The notes below the pieces were generated by a model. The model had not been told where the DNA came from, made no database searches, and saw nothing but the letters and a program-made list of their open reading frames with translations. A DNA stretch of 37,711 nt from NCBI RefSeq assembly GCF_004010195.1, contig NC_057718.1, forward strand, positions 54,103,189-54,140,899, given 5' to 3'. Every line of letters starts with the position of its first letter. Position 1 is the first letter of the stretch. Below are positions 1 through 10,639 of this stretch, in pieces. Source of the DNA: Chiloscyllium plagiosum (lineage: Eukaryota). The translations under genes were made by a program, and so were the position numbers.

Positions 1-234
1 AAAAAAAGGAGCAGCTCTTACAGCCAGAAATTTTTCCCGTCCTTCATCTTGGATTACCCAGAATCTGCACCCTCTATGATGGTTTCATAATCTTTCTGAC
101 GAGTTATTCCCAGGAATAAAAAAAGGAGCAGCTCTTACAGCCAGAAATTTTTCCCGTCCTTCATCTTGGATTACCCAGAATCTGCACCCTCTATGATGGT
201 TTCATAATCTTTCTGACGAGTTATTCCCAGGAAT
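1..234. repeat. Exact 117-bp direct tandem duplication (1-117 = 118-234)
   Basis: The unit aaaaaaaggagcagctc...ttattcccaggaat occurs twice with no mismatch; the first copy starts at the window edge. Confidence 0.95.
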
Positions 235-490
235 GGATGTAATATGCCAGTTGAAGCAAGACAGTGTTTCATATGGATTTAACATAACTTTCTTGCTCTT
301 GGTTTCTATGGTGCTATTGATAAAGCCCAAATGCCATATGCTGTATTAACTGCTCTCTCAAAATATTTTACCACCTCCAATGATTTATTCACATGTATTC
401 TCAGGTCTCTCTGCTCCAGCATTACCTTTAGAAATGCACATTTTGTATCAAAAATAAATCAATCCATGTTACTCTACATCTGCAACCGTC
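235..490 (-). mobile_element. Old CR1 LINE ORF2 fragment
   Basis: Antisense CR1-like text (aacataactttcttgctcttggtttctatg...ataaagcccaaatgccatatgc), similar to the other antisense CR1 copies here; heavily decayed. Confidence 0.6.
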
Positions 491-939
491 CATTCATTCC
501 AGCAACTTGTCAATGTCCTATTAAAATTCTATACCAGGACTTCTCAAAGGTAGTTGAGGATGCTGAGTAAAAGTATGAAACACTTTATTTTATAGACTTG
601 GATAAATCCTATGCAGAGAGAGTTCAAAGATTCAGAGGGATGAAGACAGGCGCATGAGATACACTTTAATAAAGTTGTTAGAATGACAAGGAAGAATCAG
701 GCAAAATAAAAACCTGATGCAGACATAAAAAGCAAAATAAGAAATATATGCAGTACTGTACTGAGTAGAGGACACATTTTTGTTATTAAGCCTGGGAACA
801 AGTTTAATGGTGACTTCCCCAAGTATTCACACAGAGGCCATTAATGACATGGCCATTCTAATTGTAAATTTGTTATAAATATGATGATTTTATTAAAATG
901 AGTATGAGTGCTTTGGGAATCAGGGGAAAAGTTTAATTT

Positions 940-1220
940 AAAAGAATAACAACAGAATGAGCTCAGAAATCAGAAGAAATTCTCTGTTACACAGAATCAT
1001 TGGAGCATGGAATAGTTTACAGTGAAAGCAATTAAGACACAGCTTATTGTATCTTTAGAGGAAAAAAATTAGACAAATATTTGAAGCAAAGAGAGAGATA
1101 CAGGTCGATGGAAAGAAGTGGAAAGTGTGATCAATTTTTGGTCTAGTTTGCTCTAGCTCAAGAGTCAGCACAGAGAAAATAAACTAATTGGTCTCTTTCT
1201 ATGCTATAGATTTCCATGCC
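940..1220 (+). mobile_element. Old CR1 3' fragment
   Basis: Decayed CR1 C-terminal and 3'UTR pattern (ttacacagaatcattggagcatggaatagtttac ... gagtcagcacag ... ctatgctatagatttccatg); a related tail occurs at 2760-2835 and 6490-6570. Confidence 0.5.
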
Positions 1221-1427
1221 TGGGTATGTGTGTCATGACAAGATGATAAGGGCCTGATAACCAGTGGATAGTAAGAATACATTGAAAACGTGGAGAACAT
1301 TTTAAGATTGGTAATATTTCAGCTTTTGTGGACAGCCTTGGATTCATCCTTGCTAGTCAGTCCCATAAGTAGCTTTTTCTTCTTCTGATTTAGAGCGTGT
1401 GCAAATTGCCTCATAAATGTTACAATA

Positions 1428-2520
1428 CCAAGAAAGCTGGAGAAAACCAGTAGCATCTGTGGAGAGAACTGGAGTTAATGTTTTAAGACAGGTTTGACTC
1501 TTCTTTCGAACCGTTTGAATTTCTGGAGTTCTGAAGAAATGTTATGATAAGGCACAGCAAGGCAAACCAAATTAACTTTACAATGACAGGATTTGCAACA
1601 CAGTGAAATGAAAGTATTCAATAATCCTGAAAGTTCATCTAATTGTTGATAACCAAACAGTGCAAATAACAAATCTGGGACATCATGTTTAAATTCTAAA
1701 CAAAATTGAATTTATTATTAATGCTTTAACAGGACATAGCTAAGTTATAAGGTAATCCAATTAATATCTATGGTTTAAGACTAGTTTTCTTTGATTACTT
1801 ACAGACACAGTTAAAGAATAAATTAAAAAGAGAAATAAATTAATTGTAATTTGCCAATTCAATTAAACAGCTTTAACCAATGGATGCTAAGCTTTCAAAC
1901 AAATATTGTATAATGCGTTATTTACAGACACACAACTGTATAATTCAGAAATCACCAATGAATACAACCAGTTCAGTAGACTTCCAGAATTAATTAATTT
2001 ATTTTGTATAGATAAGGATTCTTTTCTCAGAACATTCAACAAATCTTTAAGTTTTATGACTCTATGGACAGAAAACTAGAGAATTATATACAATAGCAAG
2101 TTGCTCCTTTTCTTTTTAAATCAATGCTCTCTGTGATTAGCTGGTTAGCATCTGTCCTCCTTTGATTGGCCAGCTCAACATCCAACCAGGTGCCAGCCCT
2201 AAGCATGACAACACAAGGTGTCAAGTCATCATCAGTGTTCCTTATATCAGTAATTAAATTGCATTACCTTTCAGACCAGTCACCCATAGCAAACATCTGC
2301 ATTTGTTTTCTTCTCTTTTAAAGCACTCAGCTGTTCAAAGATCAATCCTTAGTTTTATCAAAAAAAAATTGAGAAAAGTAATGAGTGTCCCTAAAAGAGC
2401 CAAAACGGACTTGAAAGACCGTTTTGGCTCTGTTTCTCTCACCACAGATCCTGCCAGATCTGTTGAGGTTTTCCAAATTTCTCTGTATTTGTTTCAGATT
2501 TCCAGCATCTGCAATATTTC
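1428..2520. mobile_element. Penelope-like palindromic terminal element (arms ~1428-1539 and ~2394-2520) split by an insertion
   Basis: Left arm gctggagaaaaccagtagcatctgtggagagaac...gttctgaagaa; right arm ...ggacttgaaa...ctctgtttctctcaccacagatcctgccagatctgttgaggttttccaa is its degenerate reverse complement. Confidence 0.65.
1540..2393. mobile_element. Probable solo-LTR-like insertion (~850 bp)
   Basis: Begins TGTTATGA and interrupts the Penelope-like element, which resumes at ~2394; non-coding. No clean terminal CA or TSD identified. Confidence 0.4.
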
Positions 2521-2619
2521 AGTTCGAAGCCCCCTAATTAAGCTAGCATAAAGCTGGGGTGTAAAATTAGTGCGGTCTGTAATTCAGATGAGATGTTTCC
2601 TTTGCAAGGCCCTTTGTGA

Positions 2620-2835
2620 AAGCTGGAAACATATTTTACACAGAAGGTCACTAAGTCTTAGAAACATTTAATCATTTTTAAGAGATAAGTAGATAAATAT
2701 TTGATAAAGTACTTTTAAAAGGGCACAGGAAAAGATCACTAAATGTGACTAAATGGAGTGCTCTTTCACAGAGTTGACACAGGTTCAGTGGGTCAAATTA
2801 CAGTCTATTATGTTGTAAATTGCAATGATTCTGTG
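2620..2835 (+). mobile_element. Old CR1 3' fragment
   Basis: ttttacacagaaggtc...gctctttcacagagttgacacaggttcagtgggtcaaat...atgattctgtg resembles a CR1 C-terminus and tail. Confidence 0.5.
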
Positions 2836-2922
2836 CAGCAAATGTGCAAGTGAATGCGTGTTGTAAGAAACCTCCGAATGCAGGAGCATCTTCCATAGCT
2901 GAGGAGCAAGACAAACGTCCTT

Positions 2923-3105
2923 TTAGATTAGATTAGATTACTTACAGTGTGGAAACAGGCCCTTCATCCCAACAAGTCCACACCGACCCTCCGAAGAGTA
3001 ACCCACCCAGTCCTATCCCCTACATTTATCCTTTCACCTAACACTACGGGCAATTTAGCATGGCCAATTCACCTAACCTGCACATCTTCGGCCACCGTGC
3101 CACCC
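2923..3105 (-). mobile_element. HE1-type SINE, internally deleted
   Basis: (TAATC)n tail (ttagattagattag on +), gtggaaacaggccc..., gcatggccaattcacctaacctgcacatc joined directly to the SINE 5' end gccaccgtgccaccc; aligns with the copies at 18305 and 23245. Confidence 0.9.
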
Positions 3106-4132
3106 ATGTTTTTGGCCAGGGTTTCCTTTCTACCAAAATCCAGCTAGTATCCTCTCTGTTGTGATCCTTATTCATTCTCTCACTCTGTGACACAAGGACA
3201 AACACCATCATTGTAGCTTTACTTCTAGACCATTTTGACAAAATGAGAATTAAATCTTCAAATACATTTTTCTTCTCGGCTATGATTGTTTCATTAAAGC
3301 AGCCATAATATCAAGAACTGTATATTAAAAGTAATTTTATGAATTTGTGCTCCAAAAATGGAGCACAAGTCAGCATGTTTGGATCATTTGGGAATGGGGA
3401 AAAGGTTAGTGAGTTCCATAAAATTATCAAGCTAGCACTGTTGATCTCCACACCTGAGGCAGGTGCAATGGGAAGGTGAATTTATAAACCTTTCACAATT
3501 CATATGTCAACATATCTGGACATTCTTTATTCCAAACTTATTGATGAAATTTTATTGAAACTTCATTCACAAAGATCCAGGTGAAATCATGATTCTATTG
3601 AGATATTTGGTTTTATGTCTTTGCCTTTAAGATTTAAATTTTTATTTCCCAGTCATTGTTTCATATAACTGAGAGGAGTTTCTCACATCTTATGTGATCT
3701 TCATGTAGGATTCCACTGAAAAAGATGAGAATTTAAACAAAAGACTGAGTGTTGATCTCCCTCATTAAAATACTTTAAGAAATTCAGTGCAGCCATTTTT
3801 GAGATATCATTGCTCATGCTAAGAAACCAAAAATGCCCTGCCTGTGAAATTGCTAATGGGGAAGAGTATCAAAGTTGACCAAGAATGGTTGACAGGGGTC
3901 AAAAGTTAATTTAAAATTACAAACAATTTCAGTTTACTAAAATTATTAATTTCACAGACAACTACAAATAGTCAAATTGGCTGTTGAGTATTAGAAGAAT
4001 CAAGAACAGAGCATAATGGCCACAATATGATTTGGGGATTTTGGCAGGGTAGGTGGACTGATTTTATTTGTAATGAGTTCACCACCATAGGGAAGGTAAT
4101 TAACTGTCCAATTCCAACCATCTCCATGACCA

Positions 4133-4598
4133 ATTTGAGTCGTAAGGATTTATGCTACAGGGAGAGGCTGAATAGACTCGAACTATTTTTCCTGGAGGGT
4201 CGGAGGCTGAGGGGGTGACCTTATTGAGGGTTACAAAATCATGAGGGGCATAGGGTGAATAGCCAAGGTCTTCTTACAGGGGCGAGGAGTCCAAAACTAG
4301 AGGGCATGGGTTTAAGGAGAGAGAAGAAGGATTTATATGGGACCTGAGGGCAACTTTTCCAAGCAGAGGGTGGTGCATGTATGGAATGAGCTGCCAGAGG
4401 AAGTAAAGGAGGCTGGTATAATTACAACACTTAAAACGCATCTGAATGGATATATGATGAGGAAGAGTTAAGAGGAATATGGTCCAAATGCTGACAAATG
4501 GGAAGATTAGGTTAGGATATCTGGTCAGCATGGATGAGTTGGGCCAATGGGTCTGTTTCCGTGCTGTATAATTCTATAACTCCATGACTCTCTAACTC
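4133..4598 (+). mobile_element. CR1 (HER1-like) LINE 3' fragment
   Basis: Encodes LCYRERLNRLELFFLEGRRLRG; 3'UTR ggatatctggtcagcatggatgagttgggcc...gtttccgtgctgta followed by a (ACTCTATG)-like tail. Confidence 0.9.
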
Positions 4599-4599
4599 A

Positions 4600-4690
4600 A
4601 GATAGAGTGGAGCACCGGACCCAAAATGTTAACTTTGATTTTTCTTCACCGATGCTGCCAGCCCTGCTGAGCTTTTCCAGCTTCTATTAA
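4600..4690 (+). mobile_element. Penelope-like terminal fragment
   Basis: caccggacccaaaatgttaactttg...gatgctgccagccctgctgagcttttccagc matches the arms at 2394-2520 and 16315-16440. Confidence 0.6.
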
Positions 4691-4872
4691 AGTTCAAGCA
4701 AAATCTGTGGAAATGCACTTAGACAGCTTTTACAAGAAAGCAAGAAACTCAATGAAAAAGAACTGAAAGTATCCTGTTGGTTTTACCACAAATTCAGAGG
4801 AAGGGCTGAGAAGACATAAAGTCAGAAACAAGGAAGAGATGAGAGTAAGCGTGCCTTCTCCTACGAGAAATG

Positions 4873-5062
4873 ATGTGGAGAAGTTGGTGTTGGAATGGGG
4901 TTGGACAAAGTTAGAAATCACACAACATCAGGTAAAAATCCAACAGGTTTATTTGGAGGCATGAGGTTTCGGAGTGCTGCTCCTTCATCAGTAGCTCTCT
5001 GAAAGCTAATACTTCCAAATAAACTTAGACTATAACCTGGCGTTGTGTGATTTTTAACTTTG
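4873..5062. mobile_element. Penelope-like inverted-repeat element with hammerhead core
   Basis: caaagttagaaatcacacaacatcaggt...tttatttggag (left) versus ttccaaataaa...acctggcgttgtgtgatttttaactttg (right) form an imperfect palindrome. Confidence 0.75.
4950..4995 (-). ncRNA. Minimal hammerhead ribozyme core motif (probably decayed)
   Basis: The minus strand 4991->4967 reads CTGATGA-A-GGAG-CAGCA-CTCC-GAAA: both conserved boxes flanking a 4-bp stem II. Stems I and III are not convincingly paired. Confidence 0.55.
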
Positions 5063-5175
5063 CCCTTCTGGAAATGAAATGAGCAGAATTTCTTTTACCA
5101 CCACTGCCAGGTCTTGCAGACCAGAGCTGGATTTGGCAGAATTTCAGGCAGGAGGAAGGAAAATCAGACACTAAT

Positions 5176-5360
5176 GAAAGCAAACTACTGCAAATGATGG
5201 AAGTCTAAAGTAAAATCCAGAAAGTGCAAGAGAAATTCTGTGGAGAAAGAGGTTCTGAGGAAGAATCATGGGACTCAAAGCATTAATTTGGTTTCTTTCA
5301 CCACAAATTCCACCAAACTTGATGTGTACATCCAGCACTTTGTTTTTTTTTTATTTTGAA
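5176..5360. mobile_element. Decayed Penelope-like palindromic element
   Basis: ...ctgtggagaaagaggttctgaggaagaatcatgggactcaaagcattaatttggtttctttcaccacaaat...; same family as 1428-2520. Confidence 0.55.
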
Positions 5361-6107
5361 TCAGATACTCTTCCTGGTTCCTCCTTCCTCAACTGAAAAA
5401 GTTAAAGTCTTGCAAAAAGTATGTATCATACTTAAACCTGTCAGCCTGACATTCAATCTGTCTTTCACACATTAAGATTGATTTAAATGATCAGGTTCCC
5501 TTCAGTTAATCAATTTGGTTAACACAGATATTTGATTACAACCATTCTAATCACACAAATTGAAACTGTTCAAATATATTTTTCAAAAATGTTTTGATTT
5601 CTGTTTTGGTTCTTCAGACCCCAAGAGTCTGTGTTACAAAATAGGGATTGAAAACAGATCAAAACATAACAAGTTAGGCAGTGTGACAAATACAAATCAT
5701 AACAGAGGGACAGAATTGCTCATTCATGTCCTGCTAAGCTTTACCCGTGCTTGAGAAAAATGCATCATGAGAATTTTGACTTCATCTATCACAAATACAT
5801 GAATGAAGAAAGATTTGTTTGTGTGCTGTTTTTGTTGAACAATCCTGGTTATGATGACATGATGAAAGTACTTATTAATAAAAGAATAGCACAGTATAAG
5901 TCGAAGCGATGGTTTCCAACTCCTAATGAGTGAAGAATCAGCAGAATAATCGTAAATTCTAAATTAGAGACCAAGAGCATTTTATTCACACAGAGTTGTG
6001 AGGGTGCAGAATCCATTTCGAGGAGTGGTTGCTGAAACAAACAAAAATTGTCAATATTCAAAACTAAGGAATATAGGCAGAAGGTGAGAGAGGAAATATT
6101 TAAATAT

Positions 6108-6333
6108 TTTAACTTTTTCAAGCAGAACGTGGTGCGCATATGGAACAAGATGGTGGAAGTGGGTACAATTATAACATTTAAAAGGCATCTGGATGTGTAC
6201 TGAATCGGAAGGGTTTAAAGGGATATGGGCCGAGTCTTGGCAAATGGAACTTGATTAGTTCAGAATATCTGGTTGGCATGGACAGTTTGAACTAAAGGGA
6301 TTGTTTCCATGCTGTATAACTCTATGACTCTAT
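6108..6333 (+). mobile_element. CR1 (HER1-like) 3' end, embedded in older CR1 debris (~5900-6570)
   Basis: acatttaaaaggcatctggatg...ggttggcatggacagtttgaactaaagggattgtttccatgctgtataactctatgactctat. Confidence 0.85.
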
Positions 6334-7261
6334 TACATGGGTTAAGTGGATGAAGGTAAAAGGGTTGAAGGTATGTCAGAATTGAATTGTAAAATATAAT
6401 TAGCACTGTTGGTTGGTCATACAGAATTTGAGTACTGCTGAGAAGAGAAACGGCAATGGGCAATAGCAGGAAATTGGCAGGTAGTGATGCTCATTTGAAG
6501 AGCCAGTACCAACATGATGAACAGACTGGCTTCCTTCAATGCCTTAATGCTTCTGTGGTTTTTCTGTGATGTTGCCGTAGCTTTTCATTTTCCACTCATT
6601 TGGTCAAATGGCACATGGGACTCTTGTATTTATATTGGTGAAAGTAAGACAAAAACTTTCAGCAACTTGTCTCTCTTTTCAGTAATTAGAAGAATTTGTT
6701 CAAGTGGAAGGTGACATAGACACAGTTGATGAAATGCCGTATTTCTAAGTAGGAGGGGTTTCTATGGGGACTGTAAGAGGACATGCCATGAATACTCATT
6801 ATATTAAAGTATTTTGCAATTATTTCCTTAGTTCAAAATTAAATCGAAGTATTAGACACTTATAGTATCCAGTACACTTTTCTTCAGAAGTGAATTTCAA
6901 CAGTTGGCATCGTACCAAAATTGAAATACCCTCAATATTGAAATGCTGCCCATTCCTTTCTAATTAGTTATACAAACATCCAAAGCATCTGTTTCATGTG
7001 TCTCAACAACAATACAAACATCATTTTAAAAGCCACTATTGTCAGTGAAACTCCACATATGCGCATAAGCAAATTTCAAGTCTTGCTGAGATGAACTAGT
7101 TTGACGTACTAGGGGAAGTACAAATGTGGATTTTCATCTGGAGCTGCTGACACATAGACATTGTGCCGAAGTGCAAGTAATTGTCACATAGTAAACAATG
7201 CACTTGAAATTTTGTTGTTTATTTCACAACCATTATGGTCCAAAAGCAATTTTCAGCCAAT

Positions 7262-7637
7262 TAAGCACTTTGGACATGTGGATTTGGGTTACAATGTAAA
7301 AAACATGCCATTCAATTTGCACCAAGGAGATACCACAAGCTGCAACAAGATAAATGACTAGTTGAGCTGTTCTTGCCATGTTTGCCAAGAGATAAATATT
7401 TGCCAGAACACTGGAGAGAAGTTTCAAGTTCTCATAAAGTGCCACAGGATCTATTGCAGCCACTTTAGAGAGAAGATGGGAGCCACAATTTAACATCTCA
7501 TCCAAAAAATGGTGTTTCTGAAAGTGCTGTATGTCTTCTGTCACATACTGAGATTATATGTTCAATTCTGTAACGTAGTACTGAATTCACAATCCTTCTG
7601 ACTGGAAGGCAAAAGTGCCACTACTGAAGCAAGGCTG
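7262..7637 (-). mobile_element. Ancient Deu-domain SINE (SacSINE1/AmnSINE1-related)
   Basis: gataaatatttgccagaacactggagagaa...gtgccacaggatct...tttaacatctcatccaaaaaatggtg... followed by an antisense tRNA-like head (tgaattcacaatccttctgact...actgaagcaaggctg); resembles the Deu domain as I recall it. Confidence 0.65.
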
Positions 7638-8449
7638 GTTATGGTTATGCTTTGTCACACAGTTGTTTGGTTTTACTGTGTGCTGTACTTATATAATCCA
7701 ATTGGATGTATACTGCAATATATATCACATTGCTATGGGTTTTATAGTACATCTTTATGCTAAGATTATAGTTTAATTTTATGCTACCACTTTATTGCAT
7801 TGATATTAGGGTTTATGTCTTTTTGTTGGATTTAATATTGATTTTACTGCATTGTTGGAATATTATTTAGTTTTATGATGTTGACAGTTTGTTTTACATC
7901 CACTTTTGTCGCATTTTGCTCAACTATTTTCATTTAGTTTTATGGTGTTTTTGTCAAGTCTACTGATAGGCAAAATAGATGATAGTCAATGGTTTCCATT
8001 ATTATTTACCACTGATGTTTTGAGCCAATACTGGCACCTGTACATTTTTGATACTGGTCTGGAGTAAGACTGGGCTTTGGGTATCTGCAAATACACTGTC
8101 CCTGAGACTGTTTGCTCCTTAAGTAAGGCTTTTCACCTCCTTATGTATTTTAACACTCCTTTATTTATATGTCTACACAGTAATTTACCAAATATGACTC
8201 TCTAATGCAGTGTCTAAGACATCTTTCTTTAAATGGCCATTCTAGACTAGCGTCTTGGCTCTGTCAGAGATATGTGATCGGCTATATCATGATTTACATA
8301 AATCTCATCAACCAACAGGAATCATGAAAGATACAGTGTTTGGATGAATGAACATTTTTAATGGTTGCTTTGAAATGATTTTAGCAGTATTTTATGGCTC
8401 AGGTACCTATTTATTTATATCTGCCCTGTTTTCAACTTCACATGGGAGA

Positions 8450-8960
8450 TTAGAACATAAGAACTAGGAATGAGACTAGGCAATTCAACCCCTCGAGCCT
8501 GCTCTGCCAATTGATACGATCATGGCTGATCTCAAACTGGTCTCAATTCCACTTTACTGCCCATTCTCATAACTCTTCAACATATTACTAATTAAAAATC
8601 TGTCTATCTCCTTCTTAAATTTACTCATGTCTTGGCATCAATCGTTCACTGGGGTAGTGAATTTGACACATTCACATCCCTTTGATAGACAAGAAACTTC
8701 TCCTCTCCTGTTTTAAATCTGCTACTCCTTATCCTAAAACTATGATATCTTATTCTAGATCGCCCAACATGAGAAAGCACCCTTTCAAAATCCACTTTGT
8801 CAGTTCCTTTTAGCATTTTATGTGCCTCAATTAGATCTTATTTTGTTCCTCTAAATTCTAGAGAGTATAGGCCAAGCTGTTCAATCCCTCCTCTACCTAT
8901 GAAAATCTCTCATCTCTGGAATCAATCTAGTGTATCTCCTCCAACTGCCTCCAAAAGGTA
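8450..8960 (-). mobile_element. CR1 3' fragment (second family, as at 36768)
   Basis: aacataagaactaggaatgag...taggcaattcaacccctcgagcctgctctgccaattgatacgatcatggctgatc parallels 36790-36860. Confidence 0.8.
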
Positions 8961-8967
8961 TGCTAAT

Positions 8968-9050
8968 ATCATTCTATAATCCCAAGAAATCTGAAATCCA
9001 GAAATGATTTTGTCTTCGGCATTCCATATAGAAGAGGTTTCAAATTCTAT
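8968..9050. mobile_element. Tigger/pogo-type (MER46-like) DNA transposon end
   Basis: attctataatcccaagaaatctgaaatccagaaatgattttgtcttcggcattccatatagaagaggtttcaaattcta resembles the Tigger4/MER46 terminus as recalled. Confidence 0.4.
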
Positions 9051-9324
9051 ATCTGAATTGCCCCCTTCCGCACAGAAAAAATAGGCAAAAACAATTTTTT
9101 AAAACTTACGCAAACTCCAGCTGGAAGTCTTATGTCTCACTCCACGACTTGGTTAAAGCAAATGTGTTCCTAGCAGAACTGAGTAAATTGAGTATAAATT
9201 TGTAAATTGTTACAATGTACACCAATGGGAGCTGCTAAGAAAAGAATCCTGGTAAGCCTTGTGAAAGAAAGCAAGTAGAGGCTCTATCTTTGCCTCAGTT
9301 ACGCGATGATATGGATGATTAATT

Positions 9325-9615
9325 TTTTTTCAGGGTAGGTGAGTCCAAAACTAGAGGGCATAGGTTTAAGGTGGGAGGGGAAAGATATAAAAGGGACCTA
9401 AGAGGGTGATACGGGTATGGAATGAGCTGCCAGAGAAAGTAGTGGAGGCTGGTACAATTACAACATTTAAAAGGCTTTTGGAAGGATACATAAATAGGAA
9501 GGGTTTGGAGAGATATGGGCCAAAAGCTGGGAAATAAGACTAGATTAATTTAGGATATCTGGTCAGCATGGGTGAGTTGGACCAAAGGTTCCATCTTGTA
9601 TAACTCTTTGACTCT
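9325..9615 (+). mobile_element. CR1 (HER1-like) 3' fragment
   Basis: gagtccaaaactagagggcataggtttaaggtg...ggaatgagctgccagag...ggatatctggtcagcatgg...; very similar to 24300-24600. Confidence 0.9.
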
Positions 9616-9748
9616 GTGTGTGTCTTTGTGTGACAGCATGTGCACGTGTGCATGTGGTCATGTGTGTGTGTGCGCGTGTGTGTGTGCACGTGTGTGAGCA
9701 TGCAGCCATGAGTATGTGTGTGGGCATGAGTCACTGTGTGTGTTTGTA
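9615..9748. repeat. Imperfect (TG)n microsatellite
   Basis: Interrupted tgtgtg/cgtg runs directly after the CR1 tail; this explains the His/Thr-rich ORFs at 9540-9891. Confidence 0.9.
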
Positions 9749-10639
9749 CCACTGCCGCAGGAGGGATACCATGGGAGCTGATTCATGGTGACTGGGGACT
9801 GCAGGCTGGATGAAGGGGAGATGACAATTGTCAAGGATGTAACTATATTTGTAAGGTGGGGGGAGATACAAAAAAGTTTGGAGAGGAACAATATAACTTG
9901 GGAAGGGGTTTGTGCACAGCCAGGAGTCCATGGTCATTTGACAGTTTTACGGTAGTAAACAGCTATATCTGTGAAAATGGAAACATTCCTCTGTGTTTCT
10001 TCATAGTCTCACTGCTCTTCTAAATATTTTACCATGAGTAACCCTCTCTCAGAATAATTCTGATTTCATAACACCAGCAATTTTTCTCACTTGTCATTCA
10101 ACATTCAAGAGCTTCATTAATTCAGCAAGAAAACTCTGTTCTTTCAGTCGTAACTGTATGCATAAACAGCATTCCTCGGAGACATTTCAGAAGTTAACTT
10201 TAAGGAATGATTTCCATGCGGAGGAGGAGAGATATTCCATAGGGGCAGAGGTACAACTGTTCCGTAATAAAGTACTTTCCAAACTGTGTGAAAATATTTG
10301 AGTTGTTTTTCTCACACATTTCAAATAGAAAAAAAAATTACAACTGGTACACCACAGTCAAAAATACTTAACATATAGTTACCAATATGCTCAGCATCAG
10401 TGTTAAGAAAACAATGCAATTCAGTCGAGTGCAAAAAAAACCAAGTAAGATCCATTTTATGAAATTACTTACTTAGTAAAACTGGGTTCAGTTCCAATGT
10501 ATTCCAATTATAAGGGACAATAAATAGTGGGGAACATATCTGAGATTTCTTGCAAGTGCTCCATTATACATTTAGGCCTGGTCACTGGCCTCCATAATGA
10601 AGCTGACTGTCTCACTTAGTTGGCGTTAACTCTTTTAAA

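Noticed and set aside
1..234. CRISPR-like array
   Set aside because: Two contiguous identical 117-bp units with no spacers, in eukaryotic repeat context.
7640..7970. T-rich stretch with recurring (g/a)gttttat motifs
   Set aside because: No fixed period found; treated as low-complexity sequence.
9104..9180. Minus-strand micro-exon ending at a GTAAGT donor (9109)
   Set aside because: Stops in all three frames and weak exon-side context; such hexamers are expected by chance.
9540..9937. His/Thr-rich ORFs
   Set aside because: They are translations of a (CA)n microsatellite.
9940..9955. TACCGTAAAA-like DNA-transposon end on the minus strand
   Set aside because: No matching opposite TIR found in the window.
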